The notes beneath the pieces were generated by a model. The model made no database searches. It worked only from the letters and a program-made list of their open reading frames with translations, and was not told where the DNA came from. A program made the translations under genes and the position numbers. From sequence record NC_134263.1: a stretch of 64,000 nucleotides of DNA; one strand, given 5' to 3'. The stretch is from Escherichia phage T5_ev219. Within the stretch, counting starts at the first letter, position 1. Each line of letters opens with the position of its first letter. Below are positions 47,207 to 57,281 of this stretch, one piece after another.

Positions 47207-47751
47207 TTATTAAGTTCCTCTATTGGTGGGTAATAGTTGGTATAGAAATCTTCTATAACTGCTTCGCTACCATGAAGTGTTTTTCTTAGTTTATTAGCCT
47301 TTATGACCGCACTTTCTAGGTCTAAGTAGTCAAAAACACCCCCGTAAATATTTTTACCATTATTATCAATCACCTGTACTTGCCATTTCTGTAGTTGTTT
47401 GTTCCAGTGTACACCTAGATATCCAGATTTACTCGATGTGGTACAATTTCTGTTATTAGACTGGCTTGTAGCTTCTCTTAGATTTATCCACCTATTATCT
47501 GACCTAATTCTATTTTTGTGGTCTATTAAATCAGGTATTGATCCTGTCATATATAGAAAGGCTAACCTATGCGCTAAATAATCTATTTTATCTATCTTAA
47601 TAGTTATATATCCGTCTTTTCTTAGGTATCCAGCTGGCGAACCTGCTTTTCCTCCCCTACCACGACTTACCTTATTAGTAAATATACCAGTATCTGGATC
47701 ATAGATTAGTAGTTCTTTTAATCTTTCTTGGCTAGGTAACTTTTTACTCAT
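47203..47751 (-). CDS. HNH homing endonuclease with AP2-like domain (paralog 3)
   Basis: 182 aa; shares ERLKELL...YLAHRLAFLYM...DH.NRIRSDNRW.NLRE...SGYLGV and C-terminal EELNK with the other two. Confidence 0.75.
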   Translation of the reverse strand: MSKKLPSQERLKELLIYDPDTGIFTNKVSRGRGGKAGSPAGYLRKDGYITIKIDKIDYLAHRLAFLYMTGSIPDLIDHKNRIRSDNRWINLREATSQSNNRNCTTSSKSGYLGVHWNKQLQKWQVQVIDNNGKNIYGGVFDYLDLESAVIKANKLRKTLHGSEAVIEDFYTNYYPPIEELNK

Positions 47752-48127
47752 CTAACCATCCTATGTCTATACTAAGTAATGCTTTTATTCCTGTAATACC
47801 TGTACCATAAGTATTATATCGAATAGCACTTCTGCTCTTTACTTCAAGTATATTTTCATGCTCTGTATTTTCTAGAATTTCTGTAGATATACCTAAATAT
47901 CCTAATTGATCTTCCTCGTCCCAACCCATATCTTCTAGAAGATTTAGACGTAACTCTACCTTCTCATCTCCATTGCCTACAGAGTAGTAGTCTTCTAAAG
48001 TCCTGAATTTAGAAGTGATAGAGTCTAGTATTAATAATACCTGTTCCTTAGTAACAGTTTCTTTATCACTCTGCAAGTAATTGGAGTAACTCAGAAGGGC
48101 TTGTTCTAATTCAATTTCTTTACTCAT
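47744..48127 (-). CDS. hypothetical acidic protein
   Basis: Track ORF trimmed to Met25 with AAAGGA RBS. Confidence 0.45.
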   Translation of the reverse strand: MSKEIELEQALLSYSNYLQSDKETVTKEQVLLILDSITSKFRTLEDYYSVGNGDEKVELRLNLLEDMGWDEEDQLGYLGISTEILENTEHENILEVKSRSAIRYNTYGTGITGIKALLSIDIGWLDE

Positions 48128-48227
48128 TTTATTATCCTTTTTGTACTTATTGAGTATATTATATTTGAAATTGTACTTAATAAGCAAATACAATTTCAAA
48201 TATAATAGCCCCGAAGGGCTATTTAAG

Positions 48228-49067
48228 TTAAGAGGACATTTTAGCTTTAAGAGCTGGGTGAGGATCGTACCCCTCTAAATGGAATGACCAAGCTGCCGTA
48301 TTATTTTCTAGTAAGTCGTAAAGATCTACAAACTCTGGCATTACTAGAGTTGGTAAAGCACGAGGTTTACGTTTTACCTGTTCTTCTACCTGTTCCATAT
48401 GGTCATTATAGATATGAGTATCACCACCACTAAAGATAAGATAACGAGGTTTTAATCCTGTCAGTTTTGCTAATATATGCGTTAATAAAGCATAACTAGC
48501 AATATTGAAAGGTAAACCGAGGAAACAATCTACAGAACGTTGTGTCCATTTAAGATCTAGGTATCCATCGTTACTTACATAACACTGGAAGCCGTAGTGA
48601 CAAGGTGGTAATGCCATTTTATCAAGTTCAGCTACGTTCCACGCAGAAACTAGATGTCTGCGGCCATGAGGATTATTCTTGAGTCCTTCAATAAGTTCTA
48701 GAATCTGATCTCGCCCACCAAAGTTACGCCACTGTTTACCATATACCGGTCCTAGATTACCCTTATCATACCCCATACTTATAGCTTGGTCTTCATAATT
48801 TGGAGTCCAGATGGTCCACTGTCCTTCGTCACGCCCAAATGTGAATACACGTAGATCATGAAGATTTGTGGAACCAGACAAGAACCATAAAAGTTCTCCT
48901 ACTACTGATTTCCAGGCCAGGCGTTTAGTAGTTACAGCCGGGAACCCTTCACGTAGATCGAACTTAGCATAGGAATCAAAAATTGAAACTGTGCCTGTTC
49001 CTGTACGGTCATTACGGGGTTCACCTAATAAAATTACATCTGTCAAAATTTTTAAGTATTGTTGCAT
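48228..49067 (-). CDS. thyA: thymidylate synthase
   Basis: 279 aa; N-terminal RNDRTGTGT..F, central LPPCH...Q, C-terminal region typical of ThyA. Confidence 0.85.
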   Translation of the reverse strand: MQQYLKILTDVILLGEPRNDRTGTGTVSIFDSYAKFDLREGFPAVTTKRLAWKSVVGELLWFLSGSTNLHDLRVFTFGRDEGQWTIWTPNYEDQAISMGYDKGNLGPVYGKQWRNFGGRDQILELIEGLKNNPHGRRHLVSAWNVAELDKMALPPCHYGFQCYVSNDGYLDLKWTQRSVDCFLGLPFNIASYALLTHILAKLTGLKPRYLIFSGGDTHIYNDHMEQVEEQVKRKPRALPTLVMPEFVDLYDLLENNTAAWSFHLEGYDPHPALKAKMSS

Positions 49068-49600
49068 TAATAAGTAACCAATTCCTGTACAAATCGCAGG
49101 CTGTTATCACTGTTTGCGCCAACTGCATAGACTAATCGAGTGGATTCATAGTTATAATCCAGTATCATACTATCTAGGTGTATATCTGCCTCTAGCTTCT
49201 GTTCGCTAAAGATTGTAGATACAAAAGCACTTTCTATATGCCCATGTTGGTACATTTCTAGAAGAAGATTAGCTCCACCTAGAACTACTGTTTGCTGATT
49301 TTTTAGAAAGGTAGGTAGTGTATCACCTATCATTGATATGGGAGTGTAAATATCATGTGTAATATCGTCTGGCAATGGACGATCAGCACGAATAAATAAG
49401 TCAGAAGCTCCAATCATACGTTCCCTAACGGCATATGGAAGAGCTAAATAAGTACCTGCCCCAATAATAATATTATCAGGATTTAGTACATCTAATTGTG
49501 AATAAAAAGCATCTAGTTCTTCTTTAAAAGAACCCCAGGGAAGCTTACCCTGGAGGCCGAACTCCCCATTCGGCCCAACTGCATACATTGCTGTAATCAT
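49067..49600 (-). CDS. frd: dihydrofolate reductase
   Basis: 177 aa; between thyA and nrdB; N-terminal MITAMYAVGPNGEFG...LPW pattern. Confidence 0.65.
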   Translation of the reverse strand: MITAMYAVGPNGEFGLQGKLPWGSFKEELDAFYSQLDVLNPDNIIIGAGTYLALPYAVRERMIGASDLFIRADRPLPDDITHDIYTPISMIGDTLPTFLKNQQTVVLGGANLLLEMYQHGHIESAFVSTIFSEQKLEADIHLDSMILDYNYESTRLVYAVGANSDNSLRFVQELVTY

Positions 49601-50742
49601 AGGAAATCTCCAAATTCATTGCCCAGATCTTTCAGAGTATCAGTAGAGGTCTCAGTTACCTGACCTACACGGTAGGCTGCACCAATCTGGATTTCTTGTG
49701 GAGCAGGCTGTAGAGAAGTAGTATCCAACCAGTTCATAATCCACGGAATAGGGTTTTTGGTGATTACTGGTAAATGACCAGGCCATTCTACACCGATGTG
49801 CATAAATGCATTACGCCCCACAAAGTATAGGTATTCTTCTAGAAGTTCTGCATTCAAGCCAATCAGACTACGACCTTTGAAAATGAAATGACCCCATTCA
49901 ATTTCAGTTTTCAGAGTTTTCAAGAGCTGTGCTGGTGCTTTAGCCACTGCTTCATCTACCAGATCTTTGTCAAACTGCTGGAACATGATCTGGATGATTG
50001 CTTTAGACATCTGGGTGTGTAGAGCTTCATCTTTAGCGATTAATTGCAGATTTTTAGCAATACCTTGCAGAATATCGTTCTCTGCTAATGCAAAGGTACA
50101 TGCAAAGGATGCGTAAAACTGCATTGCTTCCAGACCATAGATCGCAAAGTAAGCGTCTAATAGTTTAGCCTGAGTTTCACGTTTAACTTCAGGGAACTCA
50201 GTTTCTGGATATGTATTGTCGCCACGATGATCGCGTACTGCGATGAAATACTGACCTAACTGGTACAGTTCATCGAATAGTTCAACAGAATCAGCGATGC
50301 GCGCGAATGCTTCTTGGTTTTTGGTTACAGAATCAATAAATTCTGCTGGATCAGTCAGCACATTACGAATAATATTACTATATGCACGGCTATGCAGATC
50401 TTCGAAGTAGCTCCACTGCTTGAGCATACCTTCCAATTCTGGGCGACTTACAAGTGGCATAATAGCTGCTTCAGGAGCACGACTGATAAAGGAATCAGTT
50501 TGAGTTTGCCATGCTAAGTTCAGGAGTGTAATTTCCTGAATTTCTCGTGGGAGATTAGGCCATTGTTTCTTATCTGCTTCCAGACTGATTTCAGTTTCAG
50601 TCCAAAATTGAGAGCGTTGCAGAAGTGCCAGACGTTCTAGTTCTGGATGTGCTACACGTACATAATCTGCGATACCGAGAGAATCTCCCAGGAAAAGGTC
50701 AGCGTTAGTATGATCCCAATTCAGGTTTAATAAAGTAGTCAT
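49597..50742 (-). CDS. nrdB: ribonucleotide reductase class Ia beta subunit
   Basis: 381 aa; di-iron ligand region; directly downstream of nrdA. Confidence 0.8.
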   Translation of the reverse strand: MTTLLNLNWDHTNADLFLGDSLGIADYVRVAHPELERLALLQRSQFWTETEISLEADKKQWPNLPREIQEITLLNLAWQTQTDSFISRAPEAAIMPLVSRPELEGMLKQWSYFEDLHSRAYSNIIRNVLTDPAEFIDSVTKNQEAFARIADSVELFDELYQLGQYFIAVRDHRGDNTYPETEFPEVKRETQAKLLDAYFAIYGLEAMQFYASFACTFALAENDILQGIAKNLQLIAKDEALHTQMSKAIIQIMFQQFDKDLVDEAVAKAPAQLLKTLKTEIEWGHFIFKGRSLIGLNAELLEEYLYFVGRNAFMHIGVEWPGHLPVITKNPIPWIMNWLDTTSLQPAPQEIQIGAAYRVGQVTETSTDTLKDLGNEFGDFL

Positions 50743-50848
50743 TGATTTTCCTCTTTCTCACTATTTCAGGAATATTATAGCAAATCTGGTAGTGATTAGC
50801 AAGTAAAATTTCAAAGAAAAAGGAGACCCGAAGATCTCCTTGTTTTTA

Positions 50849-53179
50849 TTATAACTGGCAACCACCAGAAGCACAACCCGCTGCTTCTTCACCAGCTCCT
50901 CCACCATTCGCAGTGTTAAAGTTAGCATAATACCAAGTTTTTATACCGTACTTAACAGCAGTCATGAAATCACGAACTACTACTGGGCCAGGGATGATTT
51001 CATTCTCGAATTTAGAGTAATCATAATACATCTGGAAACTTGATGACTGATTCAAGAATTTTTGGTAAACGGCGTTCCACTTGATCCACTCAGTGCGATC
51101 AATATCATAGGCCAGTTTATAGCTCATGAGAGTATCCCAATCAGTTGCACCTGGAGCAATTGCAATTACTTTATTCACTGCACTACCCTTGATAGATACA
51201 ATCTTACGAGGTGGTTCAATAGAGTTAGTAACCCCTAACAGAACGGAAGAACTTTCTCCTGGCATCTGCGCAGTCAGAACAGAGTTACGCATACCGTATT
51301 TCAGAATATCTGCACGCAGAGATTCCCAATCCATTTCTAGACCTACGGATACCAGCTCATCAACAGTTTTCTTATACGTGTCGATTACCAGAGTTCCTTT
51401 AGATGGTTTAGTACGATCGAACCATTCACATGCACCTTGCTCTTTGGCTAGACGTACAGAGGCTTTATGCAGGAAGTAAGACAGTTTTTCAGCTTCACGA
51501 TGGATCCAGTTACGTGCTTCAATACCTTCGTAAGCCAGACCTTCTGCTGCCATTGCACCTGCTGCGTTCATAAGGCCAATACCAACGTTACGACGTTTCT
51601 TAGCTGTGTATTCCATAGTTGGGAACGGATAGTCCTGAATTTCAATGATGGTATCAACGAATTTCAGAAGAATATAGCAAGTCTTTTCCCACTCAGCCAG
51701 AGATTCCATGCGTCCAAGTACAACACCACCTAAGTTACACAGAGATACTTCACCAATATCCTCCGGCTTCATTTGATCAAGTTGTTCTTTCGTTTTATAC
51801 AGTTCCGTGATATGATGGAACGGGCGTGTAGGCTGAGTAATTTCAACACAAAGGTTTGTCATACGGATCGGATCAAGGAAGTTACCGTGACGATTAGATT
51901 CCCCGATGTGGTGAGCATACATACGTCCTGTTTCCATTCGGATACGTAGCCAAGTATCTAGGATTTCTTTTGCAGAGACTTTAGGAGCTGCTGGAACTGT
52001 TTTTCCTTCGTGGTCGATCTTTGTAAGAGATGCCACACGTTTCTCCGCTGCCACATAGATTTCTTCAAATTTAGCCTCGTCATCACTATAAAACGCTTCA
52101 TGAACTTCTGGAGCATAGAAGTATGACATTAGCGTAATATCTTCATTTTTCAGATAACGTTTTAACAAAAGATTGTTGAAGCTCAGAGAATAATCCATCT
52201 TATCGATTTTATTCTCATCTGTAGCACGTTGCTGCTTAACCTGCATCAATTGAATGATTTCAGGGTCAAAGTATGGATAAGACACTGTAGCAGAACCACC
52301 ACGAGTTTGCTGAGTATTGGCCTTTACTGAGCGGTCAATGTGTCGATAATATGGCAGTTTTCCGGAATGCGGGAATGCCCCATTTCGCACCGGATCAGCA
52401 ATTGATCGGCTTTCAAGATGATACCCGATTCCCGCTCTGGCTGCGACCATTTTGAAGACGATGTGCTCGGCTGTGTCGATTGAATCCAATGTGTCAGTGG
52501 AATCCACGAGGCAACAACTAGCAAATCCACGATCACTAGAGCGCAAGCCAACCAATGGCGGCGTAGGAATGTTGATTTTGTGTAGCGACATTGCGTTGTA
52601 GAGGTCGATTGCATCTAGAATTGTCCAATTAGGTTGAGATAACATCGCCATTGCCATACCCATATAGGCGAATTGCGGGGTTTCGTAAATTTCGCCAGTT
52701 GCGATATTACGACGGGAATACTTATCAAAGAATTGTTTCAATCCTCCGCTAGTGAAAAGACGGTCGCGATCATGGTCGATAACCTGATTCAGAGCTTCAA
52801 ATTGCTCATCGGTAATCCATGCACTCATGTCTTCCCATGCACCTACACTAACCATATGATCGTGGAAGAAGCGTAGAGAAGGTGGTTCGAAGGAATCATA
52901 AAGGCGTTTACGCATTTGCGCAAGACGTAATTCCTTTGCTGGCACGTCGTATGCTGGATTATCTTTGATAAGACTTTCAGCAGCCTTAATTAAAGCATCC
53001 ATCAGAGTGTCGGAATCTACAACCCCTTTAGGCAGAGTTTTTTGAGCAGCCATAGTAATGGCAGACCAACTTACATCAACTGTTTTGCAACCATACTCTG
53101 CCCAACCATTGAGTTTTTCAGGAGCAAAGTCTTCTACAGTACCGTCACGTTTAATTACTTTTTCAATGCGATGGCTCAT
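50849..53179 (-). CDS. nrdA: ribonucleotide reductase class Ia alpha subunit
   Basis: Track ORF trimmed to MSHRIEK (ATP cone) with AAGGAAAG RBS; NLCVEITQP active-site region. Confidence 0.85.
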   Translation of the reverse strand: MSHRIEKVIKRDGTVEDFAPEKLNGWAEYGCKTVDVSWSAITMAAQKTLPKGVVDSDTLMDALIKAAESLIKDNPAYDVPAKELRLAQMRKRLYDSFEPPSLRFFHDHMVSVGAWEDMSAWITDEQFEALNQVIDHDRDRLFTSGGLKQFFDKYSRRNIATGEIYETPQFAYMGMAMAMLSQPNWTILDAIDLYNAMSLHKINIPTPPLVGLRSSDRGFASCCLVDSTDTLDSIDTAEHIVFKMVAARAGIGYHLESRSIADPVRNGAFPHSGKLPYYRHIDRSVKANTQQTRGGSATVSYPYFDPEIIQLMQVKQQRATDENKIDKMDYSLSFNNLLLKRYLKNEDITLMSYFYAPEVHEAFYSDDEAKFEEIYVAAEKRVASLTKIDHEGKTVPAAPKVSAKEILDTWLRIRMETGRMYAHHIGESNRHGNFLDPIRMTNLCVEITQPTRPFHHITELYKTKEQLDQMKPEDIGEVSLCNLGGVVLGRMESLAEWEKTCYILLKFVDTIIEIQDYPFPTMEYTAKKRRNVGIGLMNAAGAMAAEGLAYEGIEARNWIHREAEKLSYFLHKASVRLAKEQGACEWFDRTKPSKGTLVIDTYKKTVDELVSVGLEMDWESLRADILKYGMRNSVLTAQMPGESSSVLLGVTNSIEPPRKIVSIKGSAVNKVIAIAPGATDWDTLMSYKLAYDIDRTEWIKWNAVYQKFLNQSSSFQMYYDYSKFENEIIPGPVVVRDFMTAVKYGIKTWYYANFNTANGGGAGEEAAGCASGGCQL

Positions 53180-53300
53180 TTGGCTTTCCTTTTTATAGTT
53201 ATCAGGATTTAAGGAATATTCTACTTTATTATTGGTCATTAGGCAAATAAAATTTTCTGATAGAAAAGGCCCGAGTATTTTCATACCCAGGCCTTATGTA

Positions 53301-53543
53301 TTACCAGTCTAGCTTTTTAGCTTGTTCAATTACTTTAGCTCTAGCTACTTCTTTTAATAGAATATCTATGGAAGTGCTTAACTCATTATAGTTGAACGGT
53401 TTATTTGGATTTGAGGTTATAATTTTCCACGCTAGGGTTGTCTTAGGACTTTCTTCCCCTTCCTTACGTGTAATCATATTAGCAGCACTCAGTGAAGTAC
53501 GATGTATTTTAGTTTTACGGTGTAGATGTACGACGTTTCCCAT
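53301..53543 (-). CDS. hypothetical protein
   Basis: Track ORF trimmed to Met at 53543, which overlaps the phoH stop. Confidence 0.4.
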   Translation of the reverse strand: MGNVVHLHRKTKIHRTSLSAANMITRKEGEESPKTTLAWKIITSNPNKPFNYNELSTSIDILLKEVARAKVIEQAKKLDW

Positions 53544-53544
53544 A

Positions 53545-54297
53545 TTACACCTTCCCCATGTCTTTAAAAATATCGTAGAATGCTTTAGACTCAACAGAAC
53601 GAACGTTATCAATTAATTCGATCATTGAGAACGGAGCATTTTCATATTTCTCATAGACTTCCATAAGGAGTGCTAGACCTGAGTCACCTTTAATGTCTTT
53701 CTGAGCTATATCTCCGCAGATAATTAAACGGCAGTCTTGTCCTACACGAGTTAGGAGACAAATCATTGCCTCAACGGAAATATTCTGAGCTTCATCGACA
53801 ATTACATAGGAGTTGTTGAAAGTTCTGCCACGAGCATGTTCTACAGCCAAAAATTTAATTTTCTGACGTTCGACATATCCCTTATAGGCATGATCACCGA
53901 TGGCCCATTTCATACCATCAGCTATTGGCTCTAACCAAGGCTCTAGCTTTTCCGCTAGATCACCAGGAAGCATACCAAGAGACTTACCTAGAGGTTCATT
54001 AGGACGTACGAGGATCACTTGCTCAATATCTGAGTGAATGTCTACGAGTTCCTGAGCTGCAAGAACAGACGGAATAAAGGTTTTACCTGTACCTGGCTCA
54101 CCAATACCCACAGTCACTGTGTTGTTCTTGATCATATTGATATATGATTTTTGCTCGCGGTTTTTACCTACTAGGGATTTAGCAACTGGGTTAGCGTAAT
54201 CATTAGAAAAATCAGCCTGAATTACGTTATTCTCATACTTGTTGCCACGCTTTCTTGAACCATTGCGGTTCTCTCTTTTTTGACGTGCTTTTCCCAT
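53545..54297 (-). CDS. phoH: PhoH-like ATPase
   Basis: P-loop GEPGTGKTF; start set at MGKARQ with GGAG RBS. Confidence 0.8.
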   Translation of the reverse strand: MGKARQKRENRNGSRKRGNKYENNVIQADFSNDYANPVAKSLVGKNREQKSYINMIKNNTVTVGIGEPGTGKTFIPSVLAAQELVDIHSDIEQVILVRPNEPLGKSLGMLPGDLAEKLEPWLEPIADGMKWAIGDHAYKGYVERQKIKFLAVEHARGRTFNNSYVIVDEAQNISVEAMICLLTRVGQDCRLIICGDIAQKDIKGDSGLALLMEVYEKYENAPFSMIELIDNVRSVESKAFYDIFKDMGKV

Positions 54298-54591
54298 AAA
54301 TAACACTCCTATAGTGTACTTCGCTAACAGAGGATCAACAAAAAGATCTTGTTTATCAACTTACAAATATATTATACCAATATATACAGTAAAAAGCAAC
54401 TACAATTTTAAATAAGCCTATGATATTGCATTTAAATAAAAAATTTGCTTGCTTTTAACGTGAGATGTGTGATACTAGATAATCATTTTATATCGCGTGC
54501 ACGAGTGCGTGATTATACAATTTTTAATAGAGATTGGCAAATAAAATTTTTTGACTCAGATCATGTTACAGAACTTTATAGTAAAATATTG

Positions 54592-54620
54592 TTGACATCC
54601 GCCCTCGAATGAGTTATAAT
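54592..54620 (+). promoter_or_regulatory. consensus sigma70 promoter for nrdD
   Basis: TTGACA, 17 bp, TATAAT; GAAGGAG RBS before ATG at 54650. Confidence 0.7.
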
Positions 54621-54649
54621 AGTAGTCTTAGTTAGAGAAGGAGAGTATA

Positions 54650-56524
54650 ATGAATCGCAATGAAGAACTAAAGTATAAAGAAATGCAGGCGTTAATTAGA
54701 AACTGCAAAGAGATTATCGAAGGGTCAGCAGATGAAGAGCTGCTGTTTAATAATGCCAATAAACCCTCAGAACGTTTCCCTACACAAAGGGATATGCTTG
54801 CAGGTGAATTGAGTAAGTATCTGATTCTAGAAGAAATGCCAATTCAGATTCGAAATGCTCATATGATTGGGGATATTCATTTCCATGATGCTGATTATGC
54901 TGCATTAGGTATGACTAACTGTTGTCTGGTAGCTTTGGAAGATATGTTGAAGAATGGTATGAAGGTTGGTAATGCTGAAATTAGCACTCCAAACTCTATC
55001 ACTACTGCGGCGGCTATTACTGCTCAGATTATCACTCAGGTTAGCTCCCACCAGTATGGTGGTACTTCTGTAGATCGTCTTGATGAAGTATTGGCTCCTT
55101 ATGTTCGTAAGTCTTATGATAAGAATCATGCGTTTGCAAAACGTTGGACTAAGGATGAAGCCAAAGCATCAGTAATGGCTACTGAGATGACTGAAAAAGA
55201 AGTCTATGATGCTTGTCAGGGTCTAGAGTATGAAATCAATACGATGTTCAACTCTAATGGTCAGAGTCCATTTATTACCTTTGGTTTTGGTCTAGGAACT
55301 TCTTGGGAAGCACGTCTAGTACAGAAAGCAATACTGAAAGTACGTATGGATGGTTTAGGTATCAATAAACGTACAGCTATCTTTCCGAAACTGGTGTTTG
55401 TTCTGCGTGATGGCGTAAATATGAAGCCAGGAGATGTTAATTATGACGTCAAGAAGTTAGCTATGAAATGTACTGCTGAACGTATGTATCCAGATTATAT
55501 CAGCTATGATAAGGTTGTGGAAGTTACTGGGGACTATAAAGTTTCTATGGGCTGCCGTTCATTCCTAGCTGCTACAGAAGATGGTGAAACTGCCGGTCGT
55601 AATAACTTAGGTGTTGTTTCTGTAAACTTGCCTAGAATTGCTATCGAAGCTGAAGGAAATATTGACCTATTCTTTGATTTGCTTGAGCTACGTGTAGATA
55701 CAGCATTAAAAGCGTTGGAGTGGAGAGTTGATCGCTTAAAATACATTCAAGCTAAAGCTGCACCCATCCTCTATATGTCAGGAGCCTTTGGGTTACGCTT
55801 GGAGCCTGATGAATATGTATTCGATCATTTCTATAACCGTGCTTCTGTATCTCTAGGGTATATTGGTTGCCATGAAATGCTACAGTTCATGTTTGGCAAA
55901 GATGTAGACACAATGTCCGAGACCTGCATCAAGTTTGTTCAGCGTGTATTGCAGTACATGCGGGATAGAGTCGATCAGAAGAAGGAAGAAACTAAGTTAG
56001 GTTATAGCCTGTATGCTACACCATCAGAATCCCTATGTGATCGTTTTTGTCGTCTAGACCGTGAATATTTCCCGGAGCATGAAGATATTCTGTCTAAAGG
56101 ATACTACACTAACTCGCACCACCTTGATGTAGAACGCAAAGTTGCTCCCAATGTGAAATTTGATTATGAATCTAATTTTACTCCGATTGCTTCTGGTGGG
56201 TGCATTTCCTATGTAGAACTACCAGATATGAAACGATTCCCAGATGCACTGGAATGGGTTATTAATTATGCTGCTAGTAAAGTTCATTACTTCGGTATTA
56301 ATACTCCAGTGGATTCTTGTAGTAAATGTGGATTCTTAGGTGAAACAATAGCATCCGAAGATGGATTTAAGTGCCCTATCTGTGGTAATCATGACCCCGA
56401 AACTCTTGAAGTAACTCGTCGAGTTTGTGGGTATCTTGGAAATCCGGGTGCTCGTCCATTTAACCCCGGCAAACAGCACGAGGTGATGGGCAGAGTGAAA
56501 CATCAGGATATTCGAGCTAAATAA
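54650..56524 (+). CDS. nrdD: anaerobic ribonucleoside-triphosphate reductase (class III)
   Basis: 624 aa; C-terminal glycyl-radical motif RVCGYLGNP; Cys pairs CSKCG...CPICG. Confidence 0.85.
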   Translation: MNRNEELKYKEMQALIRNCKEIIEGSADEELLFNNANKPSERFPTQRDMLAGELSKYLILEEMPIQIRNAHMIGDIHFHDADYAALGMTNCCLVALEDMLKNGMKVGNAEISTPNSITTAAAITAQIITQVSSHQYGGTSVDRLDEVLAPYVRKSYDKNHAFAKRWTKDEAKASVMATEMTEKEVYDACQGLEYEINTMFNSNGQSPFITFGFGLGTSWEARLVQKAILKVRMDGLGINKRTAIFPKLVFVLRDGVNMKPGDVNYDVKKLAMKCTAERMYPDYISYDKVVEVTGDYKVSMGCRSFLAATEDGETAGRNNLGVVSVNLPRIAIEAEGNIDLFFDLLELRVDTALKALEWRVDRLKYIQAKAAPILYMSGAFGLRLEPDEYVFDHFYNRASVSLGYIGCHEMLQFMFGKDVDTMSETCIKFVQRVLQYMRDRVDQKKEETKLGYSLYATPSESLCDRFCRLDREYFPEHEDILSKGYYTNSHHLDVERKVAPNVKFDYESNFTPIASGGCISYVELPDMKRFPDALEWVINYAASKVHYFGINTPVDSCSKCGFLGETIASEDGFKCPICGNHDPETLEVTRRVCGYLGNPGARPFNPGKQHEVMGRVKHQDIRAK

Positions 56525-56554
56525 GCTAATCAGCCGGGTTGCTAGTCGACCTGG

Positions 56555-56600
56555 CTTTTATTTTATTTGCTTTCAGCCAAAAATTTATATATAATAGATT
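56555..56600 (+). promoter_or_regulatory. T5 early promoter, PN25 family
   Basis: TTGCTT, 17 bp, TATAAT; near-identical architecture to the promoter at 63225-63270. Confidence 0.7.
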
Positions 56601-56623
56601 TATAAATTTGAGAGGAGAAAGCT

Positions 56624-56905
56624 ATGAGCGAGTTGCTTCCTAAAGTAGATGTCTCCCATCTTGGAGAGCCTAGTGAAGAACGTAAGGCTCTAGATTGGTT
56701 GGGTGGATTTGATTATCGTCGTGTTGTTGCAACATGGAATGTTAAGAAAGTTAAGAAGTTTCGGGTACATTATGTAGGTAAAGACAAGTGGCTCTGGATT
56801 GATTATGAAGAATCAAAGGGGTCTACTAAGGCTGTGAAAATTTATCGTATGTATGGGTATTATTATGCTCACTGTGACAAGAATGAATTTACAGTACAGA
56901 ACTAA
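56624..56905 (+). CDS. hypothetical protein
   Basis: 93-aa ORF with GAGAGGAG RBS. Confidence 0.6.
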   Translation: MSELLPKVDVSHLGEPSEERKALDWLGGFDYRRVVATWNVKKVKKFRVHYVGKDKWLWIDYEESKGSTKAVKIYRMYGYYYAHCDKNEFTVQN

Positions 56906-56914
56906 GGAACAAGA

Positions 56915-57118
56915 ATGAAAAACGTAAAACATCTTAAATATCGCTTAATTTACAACGGACGTATGGAAACAGAAGACCTGGCCCAGTTAGCTATTAATTC
57001 TAATGAGGTTACAGTGCGTGCGCTGGCAATTGAAAAGTTGCGTGCTTCTTATGAAAATCGTGTTATGGAACTAGAGGAGAAACTTTATGGACTTCTTGAA
57101 TCAGAATCTAAAAAGTAA
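56915..57118 (+). CDS. hypothetical protein
   Basis: 67-aa ORF. Confidence 0.45.
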   Translation: MKNVKHLKYRLIYNGRMETEDLAQLAINSNEVTVRALAIEKLRASYENRVMELEEKLYGLLESESKK

Positions 57119-57281
57119 TCCAGAAAACATACTTATTGAGCAATGGAACTTTGGTTATAATGCTGGTGTAGCTACTTGTATTGCTAGATTGGATATGCTT
57201 ATTAAGCAAGAAAAGGTGCGTCCGGAGGAAGCAATTTTACTCCGAAATATTATCGAAGGATTTAAGCAAGGAATCGTATAG
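57087..57281 (+). CDS. hypothetical protein
   Basis: 64-aa ORF. Confidence 0.45.
   Translation: MDFLNQNLKSNPENILIEQWNFGYNAGVATCIARLDMLIKQEKVRPEEAILLRNIIEGFKQGIV

Noticed and set aside
53180-53284. 35-codon N-terminal extension of nrdA (MKILGPFLSENF...)
   Set aside because: The canonical ATP-cone start MSHRIEK has a good RBS at the internal Met; the extension has none.
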